64,000 nt of DNA, from NCBI GenBank assembly GCA_045106335.1, contig JBGCEM010000054.1, positions 32,214 to 96,213 of the forward strand, in the 5' to 3' direction. A program made the position numbers and the translations under genes. The DNA is from Paracoccaceae bacterium (GTDB lineage Bacteria > Pseudomonadota > Alphaproteobacteria > Rhodobacterales > Rhodobacteraceae). The notes beneath the pieces are model-generated. The model saw only the letters and a list, made by a program, of their open reading frames with translations. It was not told the origin of the DNA and ran no database searches. Positions 21,741-31,774 of this stretch are shown piece after piece (the stretch's first letter is position 1; every line of letters begins with the position of its first letter).

Positions 21741-22097
21741 ATGACGTTTAACATAGACACGTTGGTGTTTGATTCCAACGGTTTGATCCCTGCAATCGCG
21801 CAAGATGTGGAGACGTCTGAGGTTTTGATGATGGCCTGGATGAATGCTGAAGCGGTCGAGCGCACGTTAGCATCGAAATCTGTGACATATTGGAGCCGTT
21901 CGCGCCAGCAATTTTGGGTTAAAGGCGCAACCAGCGGACATGTTCAAGAGTTGGTTTCGCTTCGTCTCGATTGCGACCGAGATTGTCTATTGATGCAGGT
22001 CCGTCAAACCGGGGCGGCCTGTCACACAGGCAGGCGGAGTTGTTTTTACACAGACGTCACTGACGGATCCGAGTTGGAAATAATGTCGCCTTTATAA
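21741..22097 (+). CDS. hisI: phosphoribosyl-AMP cyclohydrolase
   Basis: 118 aa with GLIPAIAQD, WSRSRQQFWVKGATSGH, LDCDRD and CHTGRRSCFY motifs. Confidence 0.92.
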   Translation: MTFNIDTLVFDSNGLIPAIAQDVETSEVLMMAWMNAEAVERTLASKSVTYWSRSRQQFWVKGATSGHVQELVSLRLDCDRDCLLMQVRQTGAACHTGRRSCFYTDVTDGSELEIMSPL

Positions 22098-22101
22098 AGC
22101 T

Positions 22102-22962
22102 CTACGCGCCAATCATCATGCGGATGTCGGCGACTGTCTTGCCCTGCGCCCGCATTAACGCGACTGCTTTGGCGTTGTCGCGCTTTGCCAAACGCACCCC
22201 GTTTTCGTCCCGGATCAGGCGGTGATGATGGTATTTGGGGGAAGGAAGCCTCAGAAGCTTTTGTAAAACAACATGTATCGCGGTTGCTTCAAACAGATCT
22301 TGGCCTCGAACGACATGGGTGATGCCTTGCGCGGCATCGTCCACGACAACCGACAAATGGTAGGATGTCCCCATCCCACGTCGCGCCAAAACGATGTCGC
22401 CGACAGTCTTCATAAGCTCTGTTGATGTCAAAGTTTGCAAACCTGTTTGGCGATTTGGACCTATTCCAATTTCCATGAAGTTAAGCGGTTCCTCTATTGT
22501 TTTCAGAGCTTTACTAAGATTAAGCCGCAATACTTCGTGAGGGCGCGCGCTTTGGTGCAATTTGGATGTTGTGCGACAGGTTCCGGGATAAATCAGACCG
22601 TCTGGACCCACAGGCGCACCTTCCTGCGGGGCAGATAGCGCGTTTATGATATCGCGACGGTTGCAATGACATTCGTACAAAAGTCCGCGCGCCCATAGAT
22701 CATCTAGTGCACTGGAATATAATTGTAAATTCTGAGACTGGAGTAGGGGTTGTGCATCCCAAGCCACACCCAACCAGGTTAAGTCTTCCTTAATTTGTGC
22801 AATCCATTTTGCACGCGCCCGAGTTTGGTCGATGTCTTCAATGCGCAATAGAAATTGTCCTCCGACGTCCCGCGCCATACGATGGGCCAGTAACGCAGAA
22901 TAGGCGTGGCCAACATGTAATGGTCCGGTCGGTGAGGGTGCAAATCGAGTTCGAAAAATCAC
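22102..22962 (-). CDS. gluQ: tRNA glutamyl-Q(34) synthetase GluQRS
   Basis: GTG start at 22962. Contains RFAPSPTGPLHVGHA (HIGH-like) and a truncated GluRS catalytic domain with no anticodon-binding domain. 286 aa. Confidence 0.85.
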   Translation of the reverse strand: MIFRTRFAPSPTGPLHVGHAYSALLAHRMARDVGGQFLLRIEDIDQTRARAKWIAQIKEDLTWLGVAWDAQPLLQSQNLQLYSSALDDLWARGLLYECHCNRRDIINALSAPQEGAPVGPDGLIYPGTCRTTSKLHQSARPHEVLRLNLSKALKTIEEPLNFMEIGIGPNRQTGLQTLTSTELMKTVGDIVLARRGMGTSYHLSVVVDDAAQGITHVVRGQDLFEATAIHVVLQKLLRLPSPKYHHHRLIRDENGVRLAKRDNAKAVALMRAQGKTVADIRMMIGA

Positions 22963-23034
22963 ATATATTCAATCAGGTGCGTTGATTTTGTAAAGTTAAA
23001 CTTTAAAAAGGTGAGGCTTCGCATTGCGTGAGTT

Positions 23035-24411
23035 TTACGCAGCGACCATTTGCTTTTGGGCTTGTAACCAATCTTGCCAGTCTCGTTTTGCGCGATCGGT
23101 GTAAGCTTTATATCGATCCTTGCGCCCCCTGCGGCCACCCCGCACACCTTCCAGAGCCGGGAATAGGCCAAAATTTACGTTCATGGGTTGGAACGTTTTT
23201 GCCTCTGCGCCACCAGTTATGTGTGTGATTAGCGCACCCATAGCCGTCGTCGGCGCGGGCGTGTTCAAAGAATGACCTAGGATTTCAAAGGCGGCCATGC
23301 GCCCCGCCAAAAGCCCCATAGCAGCACTTTCGACATATCCTTCCACACCTGTGATCTGCCCTGCGAAGCGCAAATTTGGCTGGCTGCGCAAACGCATTTG
23401 GCCGTCAAGCAAAGTTGGAGCGTTCATAAAGGTATTTCTATGGATCCCGCCAAGACGCGCAAAGCGTGCACTTTCAAGGCCGGGTATCATTTTCAAAACA
23501 GATGCTTGCGCGCCGTACTTCATCTTAGTTTGAAAGCCGACTATATTGTATAACGTCCCAAGCGTGTTGTCGCGTCTTAGCTGGACGACGGCGTAAGGTT
23601 TTTGTTCGGGGGTATGTGGGTTGGTCAATCCAACGGGTTTCATTGGCCCATGTCGCAGCGTTTCGCGCCCGCGCTCGGCCATCACTTCGATTGGTAAACA
23701 TCCATCAAAATACCCCGCAGTTTCCCCGTCGTGAAACTCGGTTTTCTCAGCTGCCAAAAGGGCATCAATGAAACGTTCATAAGTCAACTTGTCCATTGGA
23801 CAATTCAAGTATGCCGTGCGTTCTTCTTCGGTGTCGCCTTTGTCATAGCGGGATTGCATCCAGGCTTGTGACATATCGATACTGTCGTGATAGACGATCG
23901 GCGCGATCGCGTCAAAAAACGCCAAGGAATCCGTGCCAGTTTGTGCGGCAATCGCTTGGCCTAGATTTGCAGAGGTCAAGGGACCTGTTGCAAAAATCCA
24001 GTGCCCAGTTTTTGGCAACTCGGTGATTTCTCCTGGTTTTACAGTGATCTTGGGGTGGGCGCGCAATTTGGCGGTTACCCAATCTGAAAAGGCATCCCGG
24101 TCCACGGCCAATGCGCCGCCCGCTGGAAGCTTGTTTGCGTCGGCAGACTGCATAATCAACCCGCCTGCTTGGCGCATTTCCCAGTGCAAAAGACCGACTG
24201 CGTTTTGCTCATCATCATCGGACCGGAAGGAATTAGAACACACCATTTCAGCGAGCCCGCCGGTCTGGTGCGCAAACGTTTCAACCTTCGGACGCATTTC
24301 ATGGATGACGACGTCTATTCCCAACTGAGCCGCCTGCCACGCAGCCTCGCTTCCGGCCATCCCGCCGCCGACAATGTTTAAAATATGCTTCATGCTGTTG
24401 GGGTATGACAT
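23035..24411 (-). CDS. trmFO: methylenetetrahydrofolate--tRNA-(uracil-5-)-methyltransferase TrmFO
   Basis: FAD-binding motif [14 protein letters not shown] and full-length resemblance to TrmFO/Gid. An alternative ATG at 24393 is possible. Confidence 0.9.
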   Translation of the reverse strand: MSYPNSMKHILNIVGGGMAGSEAAWQAAQLGIDVVIHEMRPKVETFAHQTGGLAEMVCSNSFRSDDDEQNAVGLLHWEMRQAGGLIMQSADANKLPAGGALAVDRDAFSDWVTAKLRAHPKITVKPGEITELPKTGHWIFATGPLTSANLGQAIAAQTGTDSLAFFDAIAPIVYHDSIDMSQAWMQSRYDKGDTEEERTAYLNCPMDKLTYERFIDALLAAEKTEFHDGETAGYFDGCLPIEVMAERGRETLRHGPMKPVGLTNPHTPEQKPYAVVQLRRDNTLGTLYNIVGFQTKMKYGAQASVLKMIPGLESARFARLGGIHRNTFMNAPTLLDGQMRLRSQPNLRFAGQITGVEGYVESAAMGLLAGRMAAFEILGHSLNTPAPTTAMGALITHITGGAEAKTFQPMNVNFGLFPALEGVRGGRRGRKDRYKAYTDRAKRDWQDWLQAQKQMVAA

Positions 24412-24575
24412 GCAGGTCGAACTGACAAGAGAGCTCTGTGTCCAGGAATTAAAGATATTTCAGCTTGAGTTTGCAAACTTTGATTTGCAAATTTCAAGAC
24501 CCAGAGACAGTTGCCGAGATCATTCCAATTCAACCCGAAGATACCAGCGCGCGCGCCACTGCGATCATCCGTCCT

Positions 24576-25361
24576 TTACTGCGTCCAATTCGGATCCCGC
24601 TTTTGCAGAAATGCGTCAATCCCCTCGGCGGTATCTGGATGCATCATGTTTTGAACAATCGCGTCTCCAGTATAGGCATAGGCTTCAGCGATTGGCATTT
24701 CCAGCTGCTCATAGAACGCCGTCTTTCCGATCTTTACTGCGGCGGCAAGTTTATCTGCAATTTGGCGCGCCAATGCTTGTGTTGTTGCGTCAAGATCGTC
24801 GGCTGCAACAACTCGGTTTATCAGACCCAATTCGCATGCACGATCGGCTGATAGAAACTCACCGGTCGTTAAAAGTTCAAATGCGTGTTTTCGCGGAATG
24901 TTTCGAGACAAAGCAACCATTGGTGTCGAGCAAAACAGGCCAATATTGACGCCGTTAACCCCAAAACGCGTGTCATGCGCCGCGACAGCCAGGTCACACG
25001 AGGCCACCAGTTGACATCCAGCAGCTGTTGCTATGCCGTGAACTTGGGCGATGACAGGTTGTGGGAGTTTTTGAATGGCCGTCATCATTGTCGCGCAGCG
25101 ATCAAATAGGTCTTTGAAAAAGGCTTGCCCGTGATCCGGTGCCTGTCGCGCGGCAGTCATTTGTTTCAAGTCATGCCCCGCACAAAAGGCTTTGCCTGCG
25201 CCAGATAGAACAATTGCGCGGACAGACTGATCATTTTGCAAATCATCAAATGCAGATTGCAAACTTGCTAACATCTCATCTGACAACGCATTTAGGCGCT
25301 CGGGTGCATTCATTTGCAAAGTTGCAACCCCGTCCACAACGTCACGTTCTAAAATAGCCAT
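24576..25361 (-). CDS. enoyl-CoA hydratase/isomerase family protein
   Basis: Crotonase fold with LSGAGKAFCAGHDLK and the oxyanion-hole region. ATG 25361 is preceded by GGAGGGG. The upstream part of the track ORF is dropped. Confidence 0.8.
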   Translation of the reverse strand: MAILERDVVDGVATLQMNAPERLNALSDEMLASLQSAFDDLQNDQSVRAIVLSGAGKAFCAGHDLKQMTAARQAPDHGQAFFKDLFDRCATMMTAIQKLPQPVIAQVHGIATAAGCQLVASCDLAVAAHDTRFGVNGVNIGLFCSTPMVALSRNIPRKHAFELLTTGEFLSADRACELGLINRVVAADDLDATTQALARQIADKLAAAVKIGKTAFYEQLEMPIAEAYAYTGDAIVQNMMHPDTAEGIDAFLQKRDPNWTQ

Positions 25362-25521
25362 CTTGCCCCTCCGTCTTGTTTGCGCCAACTCTAGCTTTAA
25401 ACACCCCTGTCTCAAACTAGAATCGCAAAAGTCCGATAACGCTGCGCGCTCTAAAGGCATTTGCGATAAACCTTACCACAGGTTTTCATCAGGGTGCTGT
25501 GGCAGTTTGAAAGGGAAAGCG

Positions 25522-25965
25522 ATGACACCAAAAATGAACAAAGACGACCTGAATCGCTTTCTGGTTCGGGCATTCGAGCAAGTTGCAGATCAATTTCATG
25601 TAGAAGACGTCGCCGCTTCGCAAGTCACAGTCCGTTTGCGGGTGGATCAAACCCATTTGCGGCCCGGCGGTACGATTTCGGGACCCTCAATGTTTAGCTT
25701 AGCCGATGTCGCGATGTATCTGGCGACACTTGCCATGATTGGTCCCAAGGCCTTGGCCGTAACTACGAATTGTTCAATCGACTTCATGCGCAAGCCGGAT
25801 GCAAGCCGAGATTTGATTGCAAAAGCGCAAATTCATAAGCTGGGAAGACAGCTTTCCGTAGGAGATGTTCTGATTTATTCTGAAGGCGCGCAAGACCCTG
25901 TTGCCCGGGCCGGCTTGACCTATGCCATCCCACCAACAGGATCCGCTGCCGATGTCAGCACCTAA
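25522..25965 (+). CDS. PaaI-family hotdog-fold thioesterase
   Basis: 147 aa from ATG 25522, with AAGGGA upstream. The motif GGTISGPSMFSLADVAMY is typical of PaaI/YbgC-like thioesterases. Confidence 0.7.
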   Translation: MTPKMNKDDLNRFLVRAFEQVADQFHVEDVAASQVTVRLRVDQTHLRPGGTISGPSMFSLADVAMYLATLAMIGPKALAVTTNCSIDFMRKPDASRDLIAKAQIHKLGRQLSVGDVLIYSEGAQDPVARAGLTYAIPPTGSAADVST

Positions 25966-26851
25966 AGCTTCACGCACTTTTATCGCGGTCATGTTGGCGC
26001 TGACTGCGATCCTTGGGTTCGACATGATGGGTGTGATGGTTCGCTTACTTAGCGAGCGCGGGTATAGCCCATCGGAATTGTCGGCCTATCGCAATGTCTT
26101 AGGTATCTTGCCATCTGTTTTGGTCTTGGCATGGATGGGCGAATTGCGTCTGTCTGGAGGTGCAATGAAAGTCACGCGTTGGAAACTTGCACTGTTTCGC
26201 GGCTTGACTGTCGCTGTGGCGCAGCTGTGCTTTTACACGGCCCTCACATTGCTGGAATTGGCGACCGTGTCGGCTTTAGCGCAAACAAATGCGCTGTTTG
26301 TTGTATTGCTCAGCGTGTTTTTGCTGAAAGAGCGCGTTGGCCCGTGGCGCATATTTGCACTGATCTTGGGGTTCGTCGGAGCGCTTTGGGTGATGCGCCC
26401 CGGTTCTGACAGTTTTTCGCCGGCGGCCGTTTTGCCAATTCTTGCAGCCTTCTTTTACGGGTTTTCCATCTTGAGCGTTCGTATGTTTGACAAAGGCGTT
26501 TCGAACGCTTTGCTCTATTTATATGCGTCAGCCGCCTCTGCGGGCGGGGCAATACTATTGGCTTTGGCGACAACTGGATTTTCCCCTTTAGGGCAACCCA
26601 TTGAGATATTAATGATATTTTTCATGTCGATGGCAGGCGGCACGGCGGTTTTGTTGTTGATGTTGGCCTATCGAATGGCACCGCCATCGTTACTTGCACC
26701 GTTTAGCTATCTAAGCATTCTAAGTGCTTTCACTTTGGGGTGGGTGATTTTTGGCGAAGCACCGATTGATACGTTGTTTCCTGGCGTCTTACTGATCATT
26801 GGGGCAGGGGGCGTGATTATTTGGCGCGAGAACTTCGTATCGACCCGGTGA
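25952..26851 (+). CDS. DMT-family (EamA) transporter
   Basis: About 10 TM helices and two EamA-like halves. ATG 25952 overlaps the end of the thioesterase gene. Confidence 0.75.
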   Translation: MSAPKASRTFIAVMLALTAILGFDMMGVMVRLLSERGYSPSELSAYRNVLGILPSVLVLAWMGELRLSGGAMKVTRWKLALFRGLTVAVAQLCFYTALTLLELATVSALAQTNALFVVLLSVFLLKERVGPWRIFALILGFVGALWVMRPGSDSFSPAAVLPILAAFFYGFSILSVRMFDKGVSNALLYLYASAASAGGAILLALATTGFSPLGQPIEILMIFFMSMAGGTAVLLLMLAYRMAPPSLLAPFSYLSILSAFTLGWVIFGEAPIDTLFPGVLLIIGAGGVIIWRENFVSTR

Positions 26852-26896
26852 AGCACGTAAATTGGGCTATAGAATTGGGGTATTATAATACCGTAT

Positions 26897-26924
26897 TTGC
26901 AAGTGTTTGAAAAGCATGTATTTT
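26897..26924 (+). promoter_or_regulatory. candidate sigma70-type promoter for rplM-rpsI
   Basis: TTGCAA at 26897-26902, a 16-nt spacer, then TATTTT at 26919-26924. It lies about 85 nt upstream of the rplM ATG. Based on sequence pattern only. Confidence 0.35.
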
Positions 26925-27008
26925 CTTCCCACTTTAACGCTTGAGTTGTCCGCCAGGGCCTGTATACCGCACGGATCGAATTCAAACCCGAACTCAAGGG
27001 CCTGAGAC

Positions 27009-27467
27009 ATGAAAACCTATTCTGCAACACCTGCAGAGATCGACAAAAAGTGGATCATCATCGACGCCGAAGGCGTGGTGCTGGGCCGCTTGGCATCGAT
27101 CATTGCAATGCGCTTGCGTGGCAAGCACAAACCGTCTTTCACACCGCACATGGACATGGGTGACAATGTCATCGTGATCAACGCGGAAAAGATCCAAATG
27201 ACCGGTAAAAAACGCGAAGAAAAGCATTACTGGCACACAGGGCATCCTGGCGGGATCAAAGAGCGCACGAAAGCGCAAATCCTGGAAGGCGCGCATCCCG
27301 AACGTGTGGTGACGCTGGCGGTTAAACGCATGTTGCCGGGCAATCGCCTGAGCCGCAAACAAATGACAAACCTTCGGGTCTATGCTGGTGCCGCGCATCC
27401 GCATGAAGCACAAAGCCCTGATGTTCTGGATGTTGCATCCATGAACAAGAAAAACACGCGGAGCTGA
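27009..27467 (+). CDS. rplM: 50S ribosomal protein L13
   Basis: [30 protein letters not shown] is a canonical L13 N-terminus. 152 aa. Confidence 0.97.
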   Translation: MKTYSATPAEIDKKWIIIDAEGVVLGRLASIIAMRLRGKHKPSFTPHMDMGDNVIVINAEKIQMTGKKREEKHYWHTGHPGGIKERTKAQILEGAHPERVVTLAVKRMLPGNRLSRKQMTNLRVYAGAAHPHEAQSPDVLDVASMNKKNTRS

Positions 27468-27472
27468 GACAG

Positions 27473-27967
27473 ATGGCTGACGAAATCAATACGCTCGAAG
27501 ATCTCGCGGCTGTTGCAGGTGTGGATGCACCTGCTGCTGCGGAAGAAATATCCATTCACCGCGAACCGGTTCGCGACGAATTGGGCCGCGCTTACGCAAC
27601 GGGCAAGCGGAAAGACGCTGTGGCACGGGTTTGGATCAAGCCTGGCTCTGGTAAAGTGACCGTTAATGGCAAAGACCAAGACAAGTATTTTGCACGTCCT
27701 GTTTTGCAGCTGATCTTGCGCCAACCCATGCAAATCGCAGGCGTTGAGGGTGAGTTTGACGTCATGGCGACTGTCAAAGGTGGTGGACTGACCGGTCAAG
27801 CCGGTGCGGTTAAGCACGGTATCTCAAAAGCGTTGCAATTGTATAATCCGTCCTTGCGTGGCGCACTGAAAGCGGCAGGTTTCCTGACACGCGACAGCCG
27901 TGTTGTGGAACGGAAGAAATACGGCAAGGCGAAAGCCCGTAAGAGCTTCCAGTTCTCCAAGCGTTAA
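27473..27967 (+). CDS. rpsI: 30S ribosomal protein S9
   Basis: C-terminal [25 protein letters not shown] is the canonical S9 tail. It follows rplM. Confidence 0.97.
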   Translation: MADEINTLEDLAAVAGVDAPAAAEEISIHREPVRDELGRAYATGKRKDAVARVWIKPGSGKVTVNGKDQDKYFARPVLQLILRQPMQIAGVEGEFDVMATVKGGGLTGQAGAVKHGISKALQLYNPSLRGALKAAGFLTRDSRVVERKKYGKAKARKSFQFSKR

Positions 27968-27991
27968 GCTCAATTCATATGTATTTGGAGA

Positions 27992-28017
27992 GGCGGGTTT
28001 TTTGACCCGCCTTTTTT
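27992..28017. terminator. intrinsic terminator after rpsI (shared with the convergent lipoprotein gene)
   Basis: GGCGGGT at 27992-27998 pairs with ACCCGCC at 28005-28011, followed by TTTTTT at 28012-28017. Confidence 0.75.
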
Positions 28018-28318
28018 ATGTGCAGCGTAAATTGATATGCAAAGTATATGGCTGGCCTGGAACAGCGCGTAATGATCTGCTTTCTGATTGGCACCTGGTC
28101 TTTGACACAGTGATAATCGATGTCTTTTTGGCTGAGATCTCAATGCTGCACGGTGTACTGGCACAGTTTACACCATCTGCCCCAATGGCTGTAGCGCCGG
28201 ATGGTGAAGATGTTATCAAAACTGTTCCAACATTTGAAAATTCTAAAGAGTCATCGTTTTTTGATCCGCCGCAGCTCATGACGAACAAAATCAAAGTGAA
28301 TAATCCAAGCTTAGTCAT
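28016..28318 (-). CDS. PEGA-domain-like lipoprotein
   Basis: ATG 28318 gives MTKLGLFTLILFVMSCGGS, with lipobox VMSC. ITSSPSGATAIGADG...STPC resembles a PEGA domain. The start overlaps the TetR stop by 8 nt (ATGACTAA). Confidence 0.55.
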   Translation of the reverse strand: MTKLGLFTLILFVMSCGGSKNDDSLEFSNVGTVLITSSPSGATAIGADGVNCASTPCSIEISAKKTSIITVSKTRCQSESRSLRAVPGQPYTLHINLRCT

Positions 28319-28928
28319 CCGGTGGCACCAATCCCAATCCGCGTAAGTACACACCTATCCCGGATTCCAGCAGATCTTCTGGCGGGAAAGGCGACGCGCG
28401 ACCCGGTGAGTTGCGCGCAAACAATTCAACAACGCCATGTGACATAGCCCAAATATGTGCAGAAAACATTGACGCCGGTGGGCGTTTGTCCTCTGGAATG
28501 TGGCGCGATAAGTCAGTTGCAGCGCGTTCCAACACTCCATTGGCGCGACTTGCAACTTTGGCGAGTTCCGGTGTGCGATTCACACTAATTCCACTTTCAA
28601 ACATGGCGATATAGTGTCCTGGAAATCTGCGCGCAAAGGCCAGATAGGCGCGTCCTGTCGCTTCAAACGCGGCCAATGCTGACGGTTGGCCTGTCTGATA
28701 CGCGTGCTCCATCAAATCAGCGAAAATCTCGTACCCTTGGCGCGCCGCTTCTGCGATTAAGTCCTCACGGCCCTCAAAATGCCGATAAACCGCCGCCGGG
28801 GTCACGCCCGCTTCCTTAGCGGCCTGGCTTAACGTGAAACCTGTTGGGCCTTTTTCTTCAATGAGTTTCAATGCAGCATCCATCAGTGCTGCTTTGAGAT
28901 TACCATGATGGTAGCCGCGTTTAGCCAT
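28311..28928 (-). CDS. TetR/AcrR-family transcriptional regulator
   Basis: N-terminal HTH region: HHGNLKAALMDAALKLIEEKGPTGFTLSQAAKEAGVTPAAVYRHF. ATG 28928 overlaps the PPK2 stop by 8 nt (ATGGCTAA). Confidence 0.85.
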   Translation of the reverse strand: MAKRGYHHGNLKAALMDAALKLIEEKGPTGFTLSQAAKEAGVTPAAVYRHFEGREDLIAEAARQGYEIFADLMEHAYQTGQPSALAAFEATGRAYLAFARRFPGHYIAMFESGISVNRTPELAKVASRANGVLERAATDLSRHIPEDKRPPASMFSAHIWAMSHGVVELFARNSPGRASPFPPEDLLESGIGVYLRGLGLVPPDD

Positions 28929-29808
28929 GCCAAATGTCCGGACCACCACAGATCAATGGATCTGGTGGCCCGACAACCGCATGATCTTTTCCGGCGTAGT
29001 CGACGCGGCTCAAAACGTGTTGCATTGCCGCCAAGCGCGCGCGGCGTTTGTCGTCAGTACGGATAACTGTCCAAGGGGTCTTTGGTGAATGCGTGTGTTC
29101 AAAAAGATCTGCAATTGCACTCGAGTACGAGTCCCACTTCTTCAATCCTTCAACGTCGATTTTGCTGAGTTTCCATTGCTTTAACGTGTCTTTTTCACGT
29201 TGAAGGAAGCGACGCAATTGTTCGGGTCGACTGACATTCAACCAGAACTTTACCAATTTGATTCCGTCCGCAGCCAACATGTCTTCGAAACGAGGGGTTT
29301 GTCGAAAAAATAAACCGCGCTCTTCTGGCGAACAAAACCCAAACACATGTTCCACAACTGCGCGGTTGTACCAAGACCGATCAAAAAATACGATTTCGCC
29401 TGCGCTTGGAAGGTGCTTGATATAGCGTTGAAAATACCATTGCGATGCCTGCGTTTCGGTCGGTTTTGACAGGGCAACAATGCGCGCTCCGCGAGGATTA
29501 AGATTTTCCCGAAAGCGCTTGATTGTGCCGCCTTTTCCGGCCGCGTCGCGTCCTTCGAACACGATTGCAATCCGCGCGCCAGTCTCTTTGGTCCAAGACT
29601 GTAGCTTGACCAGCTCTATCTGCAACTTAGAGAACTCAGCGTCGTATTTTTTCCGGCTCAGACGTTTGGAATATGGGTAATCTGGGGCTAAGATGTGGCC
29701 CTTTTCGCTTTGCGCAATCGCGTCCCGGATCTGTTGCGGGGCGTCTTGGTTGTAAAAGGCGCTGATAGCACCGTCAAAAGGAAGGGCCATGTGCCGGGCT
29801 CCGATCAT
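28921..29808 (-). CDS. ppk2: polyphosphate kinase 2 (PPK2)
   Basis: Walker A-like FEGRDAAGKGG and the FDRSWYNR motif are present. ATG 29808 has AAGGA 7 nt upstream. An alternative ATG lies at 29790. Confidence 0.88.
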   Translation of the reverse strand: MIGARHMALPFDGAISAFYNQDAPQQIRDAIAQSEKGHILAPDYPYSKRLSRKKYDAEFSKLQIELVKLQSWTKETGARIAIVFEGRDAAGKGGTIKRFRENLNPRGARIVALSKPTETQASQWYFQRYIKHLPSAGEIVFFDRSWYNRAVVEHVFGFCSPEERGLFFRQTPRFEDMLAADGIKLVKFWLNVSRPEQLRRFLQREKDTLKQWKLSKIDVEGLKKWDSYSSAIADLFEHTHSPKTPWTVIRTDDKRRARLAAMQHVLSRVDYAGKDHAVVGPPDPLICGGPDIWHG

Positions 29809-29841
29809 GGGGTCATCCTTCTATATGGGATGTTAATCGGC

Positions 29842-30810
29842 TTAACGCAAACCGGCACGCTGTGCTGCGCGTTCAATCGCGGCCAGTGTTGCGGCTTCGT
29901 CCGCGTGATGTGGCATATGTCCGACCCCTTCTAGGACGGTCAAGACAGCGCTGTCGACGCGCTCAGCCAACGGGATCGAATGGACCGAAAGGGGCACGAT
30001 CGTGTCAAGGTCACCGTGCACGATCTCAATCGGAAGTTTTAGGGTTGGGTATTTGTCGGCCATTTTGACGACATGAGGACGCACACCATTTACTTGACGC
30101 GCATTGGCGCGAATGGTTTTCCGACGCAGCGTTAAGCCTGGACCAATATGATCGACATATCCGTCCGGAACCGCTTGTGGTTCAAAGATTGTGTCTATGA
30201 TGCCGTTCACGTAGCTGCTTGGCACAAAAGCGGACAAAAAGGGCACGAACAACGCGCCACCGGCAGGCGAGGCATTTATGCGATAGGTCCAGTCCAACTC
30301 ACCTGGCCAAGGATGAGACACGGCGCCAAGCAAAATCAAACCGGCTGTATCCGGATTGTCCAAGGCCCAAGAAAGCGCAACGGCGCCCCCAAAGGAATGC
30401 CCTAAGATCAATGGGTTTACGATCCCAAGTTCATCTGCTGCTTGACGCAAGATATTTGCTTGGAGCGATGGGCTTTCTCCTGCCGAATTCCAAGCTCCGC
30501 CAAAACCTTCTGGTTGCCGCGACCAGCCCAAACCGGGACGATCAAACACCGTCACACGATATTGGTCAGACAATTTCTCAACCAAAGAAAAGGTAAATTC
30601 ACGCGTTGTGCCCGACGCTCCATGAAGCAAAATCAAATCGGGGCCTTCGCCGAACTGTTCTGCGTGGATTTTTACCCCGTCCAGCTCAATAAGTCGCCCG
30701 GGTGCAGGATATTGTCCTTCGGCACGCTTTTCGCGGATACCAGCGGTCAAATGAATAACCGCCAGGCCAATAGCCGTCATAAGGCACAGAAAAAGCACGC
30801 GTTTAGCCAC
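29842..30810 (-). CDS. alpha/beta hydrolase with N-terminal membrane anchor
   Basis: Contains HGASG and the nucleophile elbow GHSFGG. The start is ambiguous: TTG 30828 in the track, GTG 30810 overlapping the metA stop as GTGGCTAA, or ATG 30780. Confidence 0.75.
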   Translation of the reverse strand: MAKRVLFLCLMTAIGLAVIHLTAGIREKRAEGQYPAPGRLIELDGVKIHAEQFGEGPDLILLHGASGTTREFTFSLVEKLSDQYRVTVFDRPGLGWSRQPEGFGGAWNSAGESPSLQANILRQAADELGIVNPLILGHSFGGAVALSWALDNPDTAGLILLGAVSHPWPGELDWTYRINASPAGGALFVPFLSAFVPSSYVNGIIDTIFEPQAVPDGYVDHIGPGLTLRRKTIRANARQVNGVRPHVVKMADKYPTLKLPIEIVHGDLDTIVPLSVHSIPLAERVDSAVLTVLEGVGHMPHHADEAATLAAIERAAQRAGLR

Positions 30811-31729
30811 CAATTTGTTCCAAATCAAAGTAAGTTGTTTGATAAATCTGGTTTATCCAATTTCCATATAGAAGATGTGCATGCGACCGCCAGCGGTTTT
30901 GTGGCACTGCATTTGGATCGTCATTTGGAAAGTAGTTAACAGGCAGCGCAATTTCAGCGCCATCTATCTGAGTCTGACCCAAGTCGCGATTGTATTCCTC
31001 GCCCAAAGTGCCGCTGTCATACTCAAAGTGGTTCAGAATATACAGCGCGCGGTGATCCGGATCTTCTATCAATGCGGGGCCGGCGACGTCAGACCCCAGC
31101 AGAATTGGTAGGCCAACAGCTTCGACTTCCGATCGTTTGACTTCTGTCCAACGGCTTACTGGAATCACACAATCATCTGAAAAACCACGCAAATACGGGC
31201 TGGCCGGTGCCATATTGTTGTGGCGAAACGTCCCGAAAAGCTTAGAGGCAAGAAGATGCTTGGACACATTGTGCAGATAGTGCAGCATCGCCATCCCGCC
31301 CCAGCAAACGCCAAATGTAGAATGCACGTTCGTTTGGGTCCAATCCATCACTTCACAAAGCTCGTCCCAATAGGTCACGTCTTCAAAATCAAGATGTTCA
31401 ATCGGCGCACCAGTGATGATCAAGCCATCAAACTTCTGATCCTTAATTTCTTGAAAGGGTTTATAAAACTCAGCCATATGTTCGGCGGCCGTGGTCTTGG
31501 TTGCGTGTTCAGACATGCGAATTAACGATAGTTCAATCTGAAGAGGCGTTGCCCCGATCAACCGTGCAAACTGATTTTCTGTTTGAATTTTCTTCGGCAT
31601 GAGGTTCAACAGCCCGATTCGCAATGGTCGAATATCTTGTCGGCTGGCTGTGTCTTCGTCGACAACCATAACACCTTCGCGTGTCAGAACATCGTAAGCA
31701 GGCAGCGAAGCGGGCAGTTTAATAGGCAT
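30803..31729 (-). CDS. metA: homoserine O-acyltransferase MetA (acetyl/succinyl specificity not decidable here)
   Basis: MPIKLP....[14 protein letters not shown] is a canonical MetA N-terminus. 308 aa. Confidence 0.92.
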   Translation of the reverse strand: MPIKLPASLPAYDVLTREGVMVVDEDTASRQDIRPLRIGLLNLMPKKIQTENQFARLIGATPLQIELSLIRMSEHATKTTAAEHMAEFYKPFQEIKDQKFDGLIITGAPIEHLDFEDVTYWDELCEVMDWTQTNVHSTFGVCWGGMAMLHYLHNVSKHLLASKLFGTFRHNNMAPASPYLRGFSDDCVIPVSRWTEVKRSEVEAVGLPILLGSDVAGPALIEDPDHRALYILNHFEYDSGTLGEEYNRDLGQTQIDGAEIALPVNYFPNDDPNAVPQNRWRSHAHLLYGNWINQIYQTTYFDLEQIGG

Positions 31730-31774
31730 GGACAGTCCATTTTCTGATTTTTATCAGGTAGTTGCGTGTTGAAG

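Noticed and set aside
24374-24949. 191-aa plus-strand ORF covering the trmFO upstream intergenic region and part of the enoyl-CoA hydratase gene
   Set aside because: It is mostly antisense to the hydratase gene, Arg/Ser/Gln-rich, and has no motifs. The intergenic part is better explained as a promoter region with TTTGCAAA motifs.
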